From Rotaria socialis (Eukaryota), in NCBI GenBank assembly GCA_905331295.1, contig CAJNYD010000547.1, positions 1-64,000 on the forward strand: a stretch of DNA of 64,000 nt. Reading direction: 5' to 3'. Shown here in pieces: positions 38,359 through 52,087 of this stretch; within the stretch, counting starts at the first letter, position 1; each line of letters starts with the position of its first letter. The notes beneath the pieces were generated by a model. The model was not told where the DNA came from, did not search any database, and saw nothing but the letters and a program-made list of their open reading frames with translations. Both the position numbers and the translations under genes were made by a program.

Positions 38359-41300
38359 ATGACCAATCAACAATCATTAGCAGCAGTACATCATGCTATT
38401 GTTAAATCAATCTTTTCTGGCGATACACTTGTTATTAAACAATTAACACGTTCACCTGCGAATGAAACTGAACAACGAATTTCTTTAAATTATATAACAG
38501 CACCAAAATTAGCACGTCCACCAATAGACAATGGTGCCGTTGGATCATCTGTTGACGAACCATATGCGTTTGAAACTCGAGAATTTTTACGTAAGAAATT
38601 AGTTGGTCGAGAAATATGTTATACAGTCGATTTTCAAATACCACAAAGTAATCGTTCGATGTGCACAGTTTATCTAGGAAAAGATAAAGAAACAGGTGAA
38701 AATATCATTGAATCCCTACTATCGGAAGGTCTTGTTGACTTACGACAACAAACTGGTCAACGTGCAGCCGATCCTAAATATCAACGCTTAGTGATTATTG
38801 ATGAACAAGCAAAAGCTAACAAACGTGGACGATATTCAGATCACGTAGCTGATGCTCACGTACGAAATATAAAATGGACATTAGACAATCCAAAACAATT
38901 TGTTGACGAACTCAAATCACAACCACCAATGGATGCTATTGTAGAATTCGTACGTGATGGAAACACAGTACGATGTCTTCTTATGCCATCGTATCATTTG
39001 GTAACTGTACAATTAACTGGTATTAAATGTCCTATGCTAAAACGTGAAGGTAGTTCAAATGAAACTAATGAACCATTTGCTGAAGAAGCTAAACAATTTG
39101 TTGATACACGTTTATTACAACGTCAAGTTAAAGTTATTTTAGATGGAGTTAATAATCAAAATTTAGTTGGAACATTATTACATCCCAATGGCAATATTGC
39201 ATTACATTTATTAAAAGAAGGTTTAGCTAAATGTGTCGATTGGAGTTTAACTTTATTACAACCAGGATGGAGAGAAAAATATCGTGCTACAGAAAAATAT
39301 GCTAAAGATAGCCGATTAAGAATATGGAAAAATTATGTTCCACAAACAGGTTACGGAGATAATGAAAATAATGCAAGTAATGATATGGGTGCAACTGCTA
39401 GCAATGGAAAATCGAATGATCCATCGTTAAAAGGCTATCAGGTAAATTTGATAAGTAGTAGTTTTTTATCTTTTGAAATTTTCTCTTCAGGCTAAAGTAT
39501 TGGAAGTTATGAATGGTGATGCTTTAACTATACGTGATTTACGTGATAATAAAATTCGAAAAGTCTATCTTTCATCAGTACGTGCACCACGTGCTGCTGA
39601 TCTTCAGCAAAAAAATGATGAAAACAATCCAAGTGGCACTCGTCAACAAATCAAACGACCACTTTATGAAATTCCATATCTATTTGAAGCACGTGAATTA
39701 TTACGTAAACGTTTAGTTGGCAAAGCTGTACGTGTTGTTACTGATTATGTTCAACCGGCAAGTGATGATTATCCGGAAAAAATTTGTTGTACTGTTTATG
39801 CTGGTAATGTTAATCTTGGTGAAGCTTTAATTTCAAAAGGTTTAGCCAAAGCTGTACGACATCGACAAGATGATGAAAAGCGATCATCTCATTATGGTGA
39901 ATAATCTTCCTATGTATATCGATATGATTATATTTTTTCTTTTCTATTTATTAGATGATCTTCTTACTGCTGAACAACAAGCAGAAAAACGTGGTGTTGG
40001 AATATTTTCAAATGGTGGTGGTCTTCAACGTATTGTTGATATGACTGGTGAATCGAATAAAGAACGAGCTAAAGGTCTATTAAGTGTTCTTCAACGTAAC
40101 GGTCGTATGGAAGGTGTTGTTGAATTTGTTGCCAGTGGATCTCGTTTTCGAGTACATCTACTAAAGGATAATTGGATTGTTTCGTTTTTGTTATCATCAA
40201 TCAATTGTCCACGTGCTGAAAGACGTGTACCTGTCGGTGGAAATCCTCAACAAACAAAAGTTGAAGCAGGTGAACCTTTCGGCGCCGAAGCTTTGACATA
40301 TTCAAAAGAACATTTTCTACAACGGTAAACCGAAAATTCTAATCAATCGAAAGCATACTCATCTTTTCGATTCATAGTCAATAGTAATTATATAACTGTG
40401 TTTATTTTCATTTCTAGTGATGTTTTTGTTGAAGTCGAAAGTATGGATCGTGGTGGTAATTTTATTGGTCGTTTAACAACTGTTGATGGGAATTCAGCTT
40501 CATTTATGCTTGTTCAAGCCGGTCTTGCTAAAGTTCATGAATCAGCATACGGGGCACCAAATTATAAACAATTAATAGAAGCTGAAGAAAAATGTCGTAA
40601 AGAACGTATCGGCGTTTGGACTAATTATGAAGAACCAACTGCTAAAGATGAAGAGGAAAATGAAACTGAAAATGTTCCTGAAGGTAACTTTTCTTTAAAC
40701 TAATTAATGTTTTTATTTTTAATTCTTTTTAATTTGTAGTAGAAGAGCCTGTGTTAGGAGCAGGTGTAATCAACTTTAATGATTCACGCTTTCGTCGCGT
40801 TGTTGTTACTTATGTAACACCAGAGTTAAAAGTTTACGTTCAATATGCTGAACAAGGAGCTAAAGTTGAACAATTACAAACTGATTTACGTGAAATATTC
40901 AGTCAAACAAAACCGGTCGGAGGACATTCACCGAAAAAAGGCGAATTATTAGCTGCACGTTTTACAGCTGATAATGAATGGTATCGTGCTCGGGTTGAAA
41001 AAATCGAAGGAAATAATCGTATATCGGTTTATTTTATTGATTATGGTAATCGAGAATTAATTACTGATTTAAGTCGTCTTACACAATTACCACCAGGTAT
41101 GTATTTTTCTCATTAAATATTCATCATAGAGAGAAAATCAAACGGTTCGATTTTACTCGATAGATAAGAAGCATATAACGAAGTAAAAGAATAATTGAAT
41201 TAAAAAAAAATCTACTAAACCAATAATTACTTTCCAGTGTATATAGATTGGAGTTACTGATAGACGAAAGAGAGATTGCAAAATATTTCGCGAGATAGCT

Positions 41301-42003
41301 AATATTGATCTCACGCCACAAGATATTACTTTATCATGAAGCTTCAAATAATTTAATAAATTTCCCAGTGGACTTTTATTTCAACCTCACTACTCCGATT
41401 GATCTCTATCAGAACGATTCTAGCTAACTTCAGTCAACATGTATCTATACTCAGAGTAAACAACGATGACAACAAGTTGACCTTGACATGTTCATAAATT
41501 GTAGCAGGTCATAGGATAGTAGTACACCAGAATCACTGATATAATTATACTCTATTTATCTTTTGTTGTATTTTGAAAATGTTTTACAATATATATTCTT
41601 ATTTATAGGTTTTTCACAATTACCAGGTCAAGCACATGAATGCGATTTAGCTTATGTTCGAGCCCCACCCGATGAAGATGATCGTCAATTTGCTAAAAAT
41701 GCATTACTCGAAGATATAGACAACCAAGAATGTATAATCAAAGTTGAATATCGCCAAAATAATTCTGAACATGTATCACTCTATCGTGCTATTACAAAAG
41801 AAAACCTCGTGAAAACTCTAGTTGATCAAGGTCTTATTGTTGTTATTCAAGGTCGTGGTAATCGTCAATTACGTTTAACACCTTTATATGATGAATTGCT
41901 TCAAGCACAAGCAAAAGCAAAATCTTCACGTATTGGCCTCTGGCAATATTCGGACCAAATTGAAGACGATGCAACTGAATTCGGTTTCAGTGGACGTAAA
42001 TAA
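38359..42003 (+). CDS. SND1: Staphylococcal nuclease and Tudor domain protein (Tudor-SN), 6 exons
   Basis: Repeated SN domains (DEPYAFETREFLRKKLVG, VEFVRDG, EARELLRKRLVGK, VEFVASGSRF), Tudor domain ARFTADNEWYRARV...FIDYGN, and terminal LWQYSDQIEDDATEFG. Confidence 0.97.
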
Positions 42004-43020
42004 ACAAAAGATTGAATTCGATTGATTTACAAATATTAACCATCAATTTTAGCGTTATTTCTTTTGTTTTTACAAGATTTTCCATTGTTTTTCTTTTCTC
42101 GTTTTCTTTTTTCTTTTCTGTTTGGCAATATATATACACACATACATACATATGGCTATAAATTTATTTATTTATTTATTGTTTTTGTTTGTTCATGGAA
42201 TGCTTTAGAGAATATCCAGCAAATAACTTTGATCATCTTGTTATCGTTAATTGTTTTACTTCTTTCTTTCTTTTTAACCGTCATGGGAATTTTTATTGTT
42301 TGTTGTGTGTATATGTATGAAAAACAGTCCTTTTTTGTTTTTGAAAGATTATTAAAAAGAAACTATTGATAAAGAATTTATTATACTCTTCGTCTAGTGA
42401 TTAATACGGTTTATTGATACAAAATAAAAGAAAGATACGCCTCACTTATTGGTCCTTCAATGAAATAATAAAAGCAGACATGCACATAACCAGTCTCAAG
42501 GCCTAATCGGATTTCTCTTGTTCTTATGCTATGATCATTAGTTATTCTAATATAAGTAATTCCTTTCGATTTATCAACAACACAAAAATTTCTGTATTAT
42601 GAAATTTTAAACAAGAGAAAATGCTTCATATCTACTCTTATACTTTACGATCTGTCATATGTAATCATTTTTTCTACTTTTATATCTTGATTTTTTTTCT
42701 TATTATATATGTTCATTTCGGTCGATGATTTCATCCCTCTCTCACTCATTACATATACTTCATAACTGTGTGTTCGGTCTTCCCCCGTTCACATTTTATA
42801 TTATCTTGATGTATCTATGAATGGCGATGAGGCGTGCACGGAGTTACTCGCATACTATTTCTAATCGAACTAGTGTCAAACAGGGACATAAAACGAACGA
42901 GAAACGAAGAGAAACAAATAAAAAGAAGGACTCGATATACGCACACCTTTTCATCGCTCATTTATTTCGTCCAATTTTTTTTTCTATTGCTCATTCGATC
43001 ATTAAACATTCAATCATATC

Positions 43021-43057
<37 letters not shown>

Positions 43058-43070
43058 TTAAAAAAGAAAA

Positions 43071-44578
43071 ATGTTCAACGCAACTCAAACATCAACTGGA
43101 GGAGCAGTAAATTTTAACCAGGCTTTAGCACACGAAGCACGTCTTAATCGTATTCATCGTTTATTTAAAACACATTTCAATGTGACTGAACCATCAATTG
43201 TACTTGAACCTTATTTATTTCTTGGTAATTGTATTTCAGCACACGATGTTCATCGTTTATCAAGACTAGGTATTCGTTATGTTTTGAATGTGGCAAAACG
43301 AGATGTTGAAGTATGTCCATATTATTCCAAAGATATGCGTACGTTGACCATTGATCTTCGAGATGATGACCGAGAAAATATTGTACGTGCATTTGATCAA
43401 ACATTCGCATTTATTGATGAAGCTAGACGTGCCAAATCTCGTGTACTCGTACATTGCAGTCATGGACAAAGGTGAGCTAATAGATTGTTTACTTTTTGTT
43501 TAAATGAAAGGAAAAACAAGCAATGAAGATTTTTCTGAATATTTTTCTATAGTCGATCACCTGCTATTGTCATTGGTTATCTTATGCGTACATATAATAT
43601 TTCATTAGAACAATGTCTTGTTCATGTTGTTAAAGCTCGTCCTTGTGTTATACCTAATGATGGTTTTCTAAAACAATTGATTCTTTTCGATCGTTTTCTT
43701 GTCGAAAAACGTCGACACCAACAAGAAGCAGCTCTTATGCAAGCGGTTAAAAATGCACCAGTAACTGAAATTCCAATTCAACACTATGCACCTGTTGCTT
43801 CTCAATATGTACAAACATTAACTCCAACAAAATCGAATCCATCGCCATCTTCGATTTCTAATGTTGCTACTATATCGTCGGTAAATTCATCAAGTATGGC
43901 ATCATCATCAAGCATGAATCTATCGTCAACGACAAGTATGGCTTTATCATCATCATCAAGTTTAGATTTATCATCAACATCAAGTATGCCATCATCAGAA
44001 AGTACTGCTTCAGTACGGGTCATTCCAATTCAAGTTGCATCCAAAGCATCTAGTCCAGAAAAGGTACACCATGCGTCATTTATTTTTTTATCCTACCTAC
44101 TAAACCATTTTACTTCTGATTTCTAAAGTCTGAACCAACTTCACTTAAGCAAATTTCAACTGATGACGACGCTAGTGCAGATGAAATAAATGTCAATGAT
44201 GGCCCATCAAAAGAAAAACCTATCGCAATTGAACAACCTTATGTATCAACTACAAACCGACAAAACAAATTAACGCCACATAATGTATTAGTATTTCAGG
44301 AGCGATCAAGTGCGGAACAGATAAACGAGATTCAACAATTCTCACATCACTTACCACGATCTACAGTAGATCATCATGATTATTCATATGGCAATCATCA
44401 CCATAATCATAATCATAATCATCATCATCCCGCTACTCTTACTCAAGACCAATGGGATTTTATTAATAATATACCTAGCAATTATAAAGGCACCACTGAA
44501 CATGCAAAACCGAAATATATTACTGAAATTTATGATCGAGCAACAAATCGATTTATTCCAACGACATGCTGTTATTAA
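43071..44578 (+). CDS. Atypical dual-specificity phosphatase with a Ser- and His-rich tail, 3 exons
   Basis: YLFLGN, spliced catalytic VLVHCSHGQSRSP (CX5R), GYLM and RPCVIPNDGFLKQL; last exon 44129-44578 ends FIPTTCCY*. Confidence 0.9.
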
Positions 44579-45881
44579 GAACATTCCGTTTCTTTTTAAT
44601 TCAATTCTTTTATGTGTGTGCTTGTATATCAATATTTATTAGCATAAACTAACGCATAGAGTTTATTCTCAAAAGCAAAAAGAAAGAAAACAAATTTTTA
44701 TATTTTTCTTCGATCAAAATGAAAACTAATATGAGGACGGTTATTAATATTGTACGTCCTTCGTTTGTTCATATGGTTTTGACGCATGATAGAGATTAAT
44801 GTCCAGGCATATGCATTTGCGATAGAATATCAAAATAATTAGGTTCTATATTGATAAAGAAAAATAATCGAAATGAAAAACTAATTTCATTTTAAAAAGA
44901 TATATCAAAACTAACCTTGTTCAGGCGTGATAAAACCATGACGAATAAGAAAATCAAGTACAGCTATAGCACAATTAGGTTTGAAATTATCTTCAATGAT
45001 AGCTTGCTTCACCTGTTAATATATCAACTAATAAAACGAATTAAATTTAATATGAAATTTTTACTTGGGGTATTGTCCATAGATAAAATTTTTCCATTTC
45101 ACAATCGCTATTATTAGGTGTAAAGGTAGTTGGTAATTGAATGTCATAAAGAAATTCACCCTAGAATATCAAGGGAATAAATTGATTATATCTTGATTGT
45201 TTTTAACACACGTACCTCGGGATGTATACCATCATCGTCTTCGTAAGTATAACTATATGAGAATGAATCAAAGATTAATGCACAAATAGAACTGTTTAAA
45301 TTATGGGAAAAAATAAAATTTTCAGATTGATTTATTGAACATGTTTTTCAAATAATATTTTATTTTTGTCGCTCTCAGTCGATTTCTCATATGTACATGT
45401 TTTCTAGACCTTCATCGCCAATCATAGAGATAAAAATAGATAAAGCCATTAGTGTATAAAACACAAATACTTAGCATTTGTATTATGTTTTTCTGTTTAT
45501 GTTTTGCATCAACAATGATTTAATCGATGTACACCGTAAAGCTAATATTGGTTGTCTTAAATACTCTCTATCATAAGATTACTTGAATTACAACTAATCC
45601 AACAATGGAGGTGTTTGTATTGTAAGTTGACAAGACTAGATATTTTTACATCAAAAGAAAGCTCTCACCGCCAAATTAACAAGGTTAAAATATTAGCTCC
45701 CCTTGGCTTGTCTCGGGGGAAATATTCGATTTTTCAGTGAATTTTCTCTACAGGGCCGGCTTTCCCAGCAATATCATATTTTCGAATTTGAACCTGAAAC
45801 TTTGTTTGCATGAAGGCCTCAAGGAGACTAGCTTATAGAAAAAAATTCAAAAGTTCTGGGCAAACCCTCTTTGAGACAGCA

Positions 45882-46158
45882 GTGTTCAGACTTCCAAAAA
45901 AGGAAATTTCGGAAGCTTTGGAAATTTCAAGTACTTGTGTTCTAAATTGTTTGGTATTTCCCAAAATTATACAATTTCCGAAATTTCTGAAATTTCCAAA
46001 ATTCTGTACAAAGCGAAATTTCAGAAATTACAGAAGATTCCGAAATTTCTAAACTTTCAAATATTTTCAAAAACTTTTCATTTGCTTTGCTATGTAGTAA
46101 TCGAGTTGATGGAAGCTTCGGAAATTTCTGTAATTTCCTTTTTCGGAAATCTGAACAT
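45882..46158. mobile_element. MITE with gaaatttc repeats
   Basis: gtgttcagacttccaaaaaaggaaatt versus aatttcctttttcggaaatctgaacat. Confidence 0.75.
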
Positions 46159-47105
46159 ACCTCAAATAAACACGTTGTATGATTTATACAGCAACTATCT
46201 CATTACAGCATGTGAACTCCTTAAAAGTTTGTCTTTAATTGTGGTAAAAAAGAAGTTTTAATCAAACAGATAGAACGTTGTTTAAAGATGGATTACCAAT
46301 CATCCTCAAAACAGTTTTAGACTGTCTTTTAGTCTTCTTTTAATAATAAACGTTTTGTTTTAATTAAGTCTACTGACTGATTCATTTTCACAAAGAAAAA
46401 AAAATGTATGGAAGTATCACTTCAGTTTCGACATTTTTAACTTTCGTTTTTTTTTCTTTTCGACATTTCTACTTTCGACCAAATTCAAGATAATCCTGTA
46501 ATCGTGCTAACTATAATTATATTGCAATCACAATGATGGCGAAAAAAAAATATTTTAGTCAACAATTATTCAAGTAATATCTTTTGACCATCGTTTTGGG
46601 CTTCGGTCTTCTCTGCCGACTACCATTAAAGTGAGGGTCTATCGGAATTTACTAAATATAATGATATTTGAGGAGATTCATGCCACAACCTAATACCCTC
46701 GGTTTGTTCGACACGACAAAGGGTACTTTTATGTTAATAGATTAACACAAGAATTTAATTTTACTTCGTTCAAATTTTAAATTGAATAGATTCTTCTAAA
46801 CCGACGGTAGTTGACAGCAGTAACTATTAACTTGTTCTGCTCTATCGGCACAATACTTGTCAATGAACAATTTTTGAAACATATTGACATTGAGCGCCCT
46901 CTTTTTCTCTGGCTTTGCAATATTGTCTTCAGAGCGCAATGTCGATCCAATGAAAATTTTCTTTTCACGTCAAAGGATTACAAAAAAAGAAAGAAAGAAT
47001 ATTCTTCTAAAGTAGAATCATTTCTGTTCATAACCTTCGAATAGTCGGTCACTCGATCTAAACCAACCTTCGCTTGTAGTTTCGCACACATTTTCTTCTC
47101 TACAA

Positions 47106-49709
47106 ATGGCTGCAATGGAGTTTGATGAAGTTTATGAAGAAATTCGTGGCGTTCTTGTGAGTCTTTCAATTCCTATTTGCATCATTGGATCGTTTGGTTT
47201 GTTTTTTTTCCTCTGGCTATAGAACCCAGGCCGTTTGAAATTGACATCTAATTCAGTTATTTTTAAAAATGTACGAACTGGCAAAGTTGAAACCATTACT
47301 AAAGATGACATTGAGAATATTAAATGGGCAAAACGTGCGCGTGGTTATGGCTTAAAGTTTATTACAAAAAATGATACATCTTTACGTTATGATGGCTTTA
47401 AAGATACAGTTTGTGTTTTTCTTTCGAGAAAAATATAGAATTCTATCTGTGATTTTTGAATAGGATCTAGATCGTTTGAAAGAATTTATGACAATTAATT
47501 TTGGTAAAAATGTTGAAACACAAAAAATGGCTGTTAATGGTTGGAATTGGGGAAAAGTATCATTTGGAGGTAGAAAAAATAGACAGAAAAAGATGTGATT
47601 ACGTAAGAATTGCTTTTTATTTTTTTATTTAGCTGGCAATCTCGCGTTTGAAGTTGATAATAAACAAGCATTTGAAGTTCCATTGAAAAATGTTTCAAAT
47701 TCCAATAAAGGAAAAAGCGAAATAACACTTCAATTTCATCAACCTGATGATGCTAAAGTATCATTAATGGAAATTCGCTTTTATGTTCCACCAGGCGATG
47801 TCGATGGTGATGCAGTTGAAGTAATCATTCGATATAGAAATACATTCTTTTCTCCATCATGTACCTATTATGTAGGATTTCCATCAAAATGTAATGAAAG
47901 GTGCTGCTGTATTAACAGCTAAAGCTGGCGATGCTATTTGTAGTTTGTCCGATATCAATTGTCTTGTACCGCGGTATTTGAAAACAAAGAGAAACAATTT
48001 AAAATTATATTTTTTGATTTTGAATTTTAGTGGTCGACATGAATTACGATTCTATCCAGGCTTTTTCGATTTACACGGAAAATCATATGATTATAAAATT
48101 CCATACAATCAAATTACACGTGGTTTTCTTCTTCCACATAAAGATAACCGACAAATGTATTTTGTGGTAAGTTAATTTCAATCAAGCCTATCAGTTAAAT
48201 AGCTAAAGAAAATCAGGTGTTTTTGAGTGAAGAAAAGTTCTTGAAAACATAATCGTTCAGTTTTTCTACTGTATGTATGTAATAGAATATGAATTATAAT
48301 CTATCCTTTATTCTACTTTTGTATTTCTGTCCAAATCCTGTTATTACGATTTGTATTTCTGTAAATATTCATGTTTGTATTTGTAGCTTAGTTTGGATCC
48401 ACCTGTAAAACATGGTCAAACACGTTATCAATATATTATATTTGGCTTTAAAAAGGAAGAAGAAACAACTGTTGAACTTTCATTAACACCGTAAATTAAT
48501 CAATATAAAATCGTTTTCTACGAAGCATTTTTATTTGCATTTTAGTGAAGCAATTCAAGAAAAATATGGCAACAATCTTCATAAAGAAATGCAAGGTCCT
48601 TATCATGATATTGTATCACGTTTATTTCGTGCTATTACGGAACAACGTATTACAGTACCGGGCTCATTTACTAGGTAAAAACAAGTTATTTTTTAAATAG
48701 CAACATAATGATTCTTTCGTTCTTTTTTCGAATAGTAAAAGCGGCGCTAAATGCGTTAGCTGTGCATACAAAGCATCGGCCGGTTTACTGTATCCACTTG
48801 AACGTGGTTTTATTTATATAACTAAACCACCTATCTATATTCATCATGATGATGTGGCTTCGTGTGGTTTCAATCGTTCAAATACAGCTACTGGTCGTAC
48901 GTGTGATTTTGAAATTCAATTAAAAAGTGGTGGATCACATGTATTTAGCAATATTGAAAAGTAATAGGAAATGATTTACCATGCGAAAATAACGAAACTA
49001 AAATTGTATTCTGTGTTGCTTTTTTTAGAGAAGAAGCTAAACCAATGTCGGATTTTCTTAGTTCAAAGGATCTTCGTATTCATGCTGCCAGTAATTGGGT
49101 AATTGAAAATGAATTTTATGATAACAAAAAAGAAATTAAACAACGGCTCTTTTTCTAGGATAAAAAAATTAACTATACGGTTGATAAAGATCGTGATATT
49201 TACTTAGAACATGTGCAAAATGAAGGGCAAGAACGAGAAGACGATGATGTAAGTAAATTCAATGGAAAGCAACATAGTTTTGCTCTATATACTTAATTTA
49301 TAGGATGAAAGTGATGACGAAGAAGAAGATGAAGATTTTCAAGGTGAAATATAAATCCTTTTTTAAATCTAGTTTTTTGTATCGAAAATAAATATATATT
49401 TCAGGCGATGAAGAAGACGACGATGAACTCGAATATGATAGTAATGCATCAATACATTCAACGGAAGACGAAGACGAAGACGGAAATAAAAGTCCATCAT
49501 CACCAAAGAAACGCAAAAAATCTGAATCATCATCTGCTACTTCAAATAAAAAGCAGGATGATAAAAAGAAAACATCTGGCGATACAAAGAAAAAATCTGA
49601 TAATCCAAAGAAGAAATCAGATGATTCAAAGAAAAAAAGTAAACCAAAAGAATCACCCAAGAAGAAAGCACCAAAAAGTTCAGAACAAGTTGAAGACGAT
49701 TCAGATTAA
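47106..49709 (+). CDS. SSRP1: FACT complex subunit SSRP1/Pob3, ~13 exons, no HMG box
   Basis: [73 protein letters not shown] and FSNIEKEE; an acidic then Lys-rich tail runs to TAA at 49709. Confidence 0.95.
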
Positions 49710-51229
49710 ATATAATCATAAGGATTTTTTTTTCATTATTTGTGTCGCTATGTAAATATCTCTATTACAAGCGCATGTTTATTTTTTTTGTCTAAATAAA
49801 GAAATTATCATTTAAGAGTAATGTCTATCCATATGTATGAAAATTTAATTATTTTTAAACATCTCAATAGAAGTCTACAAAGAGACAGCTCGCCGTTTGA
49901 ATTCTTGGGAAAATTTGTTTTATTTTTTAAGGAACTCTTATAATATATTGTGCACGAGAAATCACTCTTCGATAGAATGAATGTATAAGTACGTGTACGG
50001 CTCTCTGCCTTGTCTTAATAATCAATGATTGGCAGATGTAAGCTGAACGGATACGTAAACAGCTTGCGAATACGCAAGCATCTAGAGATATCCGAATTTG
50101 TTTGATTTTCTTAAAATGTTATCGTGTTTTTGAGAATGCACAATTCGTTTGAGTTCTAGCTGCATGCTTACATAGCTCATAAATACAATCTGAAAATGTT
50201 ATACGAGGAAACATGGCCTGAGCTCATAGTTTCTTTTGTAAATATCTTTTTGTTGCATGTTGTCGTCGTTAAAGAATGATACTCTCATGTCACGTATGAC
50301 CATGTTTTATGATTAATTACTTCGATAACTCATGTAGTATATCAAAGAGGAAATAATGCTTAATTACCGAAACTATCTGTTAACGTTGTTGGAAATCTCA
50401 GTTAAAAATGAGTAGAGAATTCTTGACGATACAATTTCAAATAGATAATATAGTCACAGATGAAAAAATTATCGAGTTAGGTTCCCTACTTTAATTTGTC
50501 TTTTATTTTATTAGATAGAATAATGAGTATTTTGTTGTGATTATATAATATTGTACCAGAGTTTGAATATACAATGTTCTGTTGATTTAGCTACGGGTCT
50601 CGATGGCAAATGTAAATAATAAAATGAATACATGATTCTTTTTTTCTCAAATCGTTTACGAATAATTATAGATCGAATAACTAGAATTATTTTTCTATTG
50701 TATATTTATCCGATACAGATGCATAGAAAGAATATGATTCAAGTTGTTTCGTATTCTTAAATTCATGTCACAATTATTAGGACCACTAATGTTGACATCA
50801 TATCGTCATAGCTGAACCTTTTCATAATACATAGTGATTAATATATAATAATTTAAAAGAAATGAATGAGTGAATAACACGATTGCATTGATCATAAAAA
50901 TGCCACCATTTAATCCATCAAGAAACTATTCCAAGAGAAGTCACATCATGAATACAGCGAGGATTATTATTGGGAAATGAATACAAGAATTACGATTATA
51001 ATAAAGTTTTGCGTATGACGTGGGTTTCTTTATACGATTGTCATATAGTAGTGCAAAAACAGAAAGATATAATTTAGGTTGTAAAATGATATTGACTAAT
51101 GAGTCTGTTATTGCAATCGATCTGCATGAAAAATGTCACAACTCTTACAAAATGAGGCTTACTAATGAAAACATTGTTGCAATTATACTCAATGCCGGAG
51201 AAGAACATTTAGTTCTTAATATTGTACCG

Positions 51230-52087
51230 CGGCTTGTCCAAACGTAACGCTGTGATATGTTGACAAATTGTTTTGGAATTATCTTGAAAGGGATAAGATC
51301 TAATAAGGTCATTCAAACGTCATTCGACGCAGTTTGTCATACTCTATGAATTTTGAAATAATGGCCTAGTTTAATTGAACTCTCGCGCTTCTAGAAAGAT
51401 TTTATCATCGCGTGACACTGACAAAAAAGGACCCTTTTTTCTAGGGCTGTTTATAAAGCTCTAATTTTTTGACAAATCATTTCTTCAAATTGAATGCTTA
51501 TGGTACCAGTTTTGTAGAGAATTGAATGAGCTTTCAAGCAGTAAAAAATATTTTTTCTAGCCTATTTTCGCTCAGATTAAAAATGCAAAAAGCAAATGTA
51601 ACGCTGTGACACGATTTTTTGCGGACCAAATTTGAGGCATTTAACATACTTAAAAATATTTAATGTTTATATATATTGATCACTGTCCTGCATATATCCT
51701 TCTGTAAGAAAATCAAGTTGCTACATCGAAATACGAGCTCAATAATTGTATAGTAAGTTAGAAATTGTGCACGAGAATAGAAGTTGTCCTGAAGAATGAG
51801 AGTAAAAAATTAATAGGCCATTTTGTAGAGAATTAAATTCTGCATCGAATGATATATTAGTCTGCATTTTTTGTTTTAAATTTCTTGGTTAGAAAATTGA
51901 AAATACAGTTTTTAAAAACTTTAAAGTCCGATTTTCGAAGCCAAAACCCAATTTGTTTTAAGAAAAAAAAGTCCAAATTCACAATCAGCGTAAAAAACTA
52001 TACCAGAGAATATGTTTAGATCTGTCTATATCGAAAAACAATTTTTAAAACTTGGCCAGCGAAGTAGTGCGTTACGTGGACAAGCCG
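51230..52087. mobile_element. ~860-bp non-autonomous DNA transposon
   Basis: TIR cggcttgtcca(aa)cgtaacgc / gcgttacgtggacaagccg; internal recurrence of gtaacgctgtga near 51598. Confidence 0.8.
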
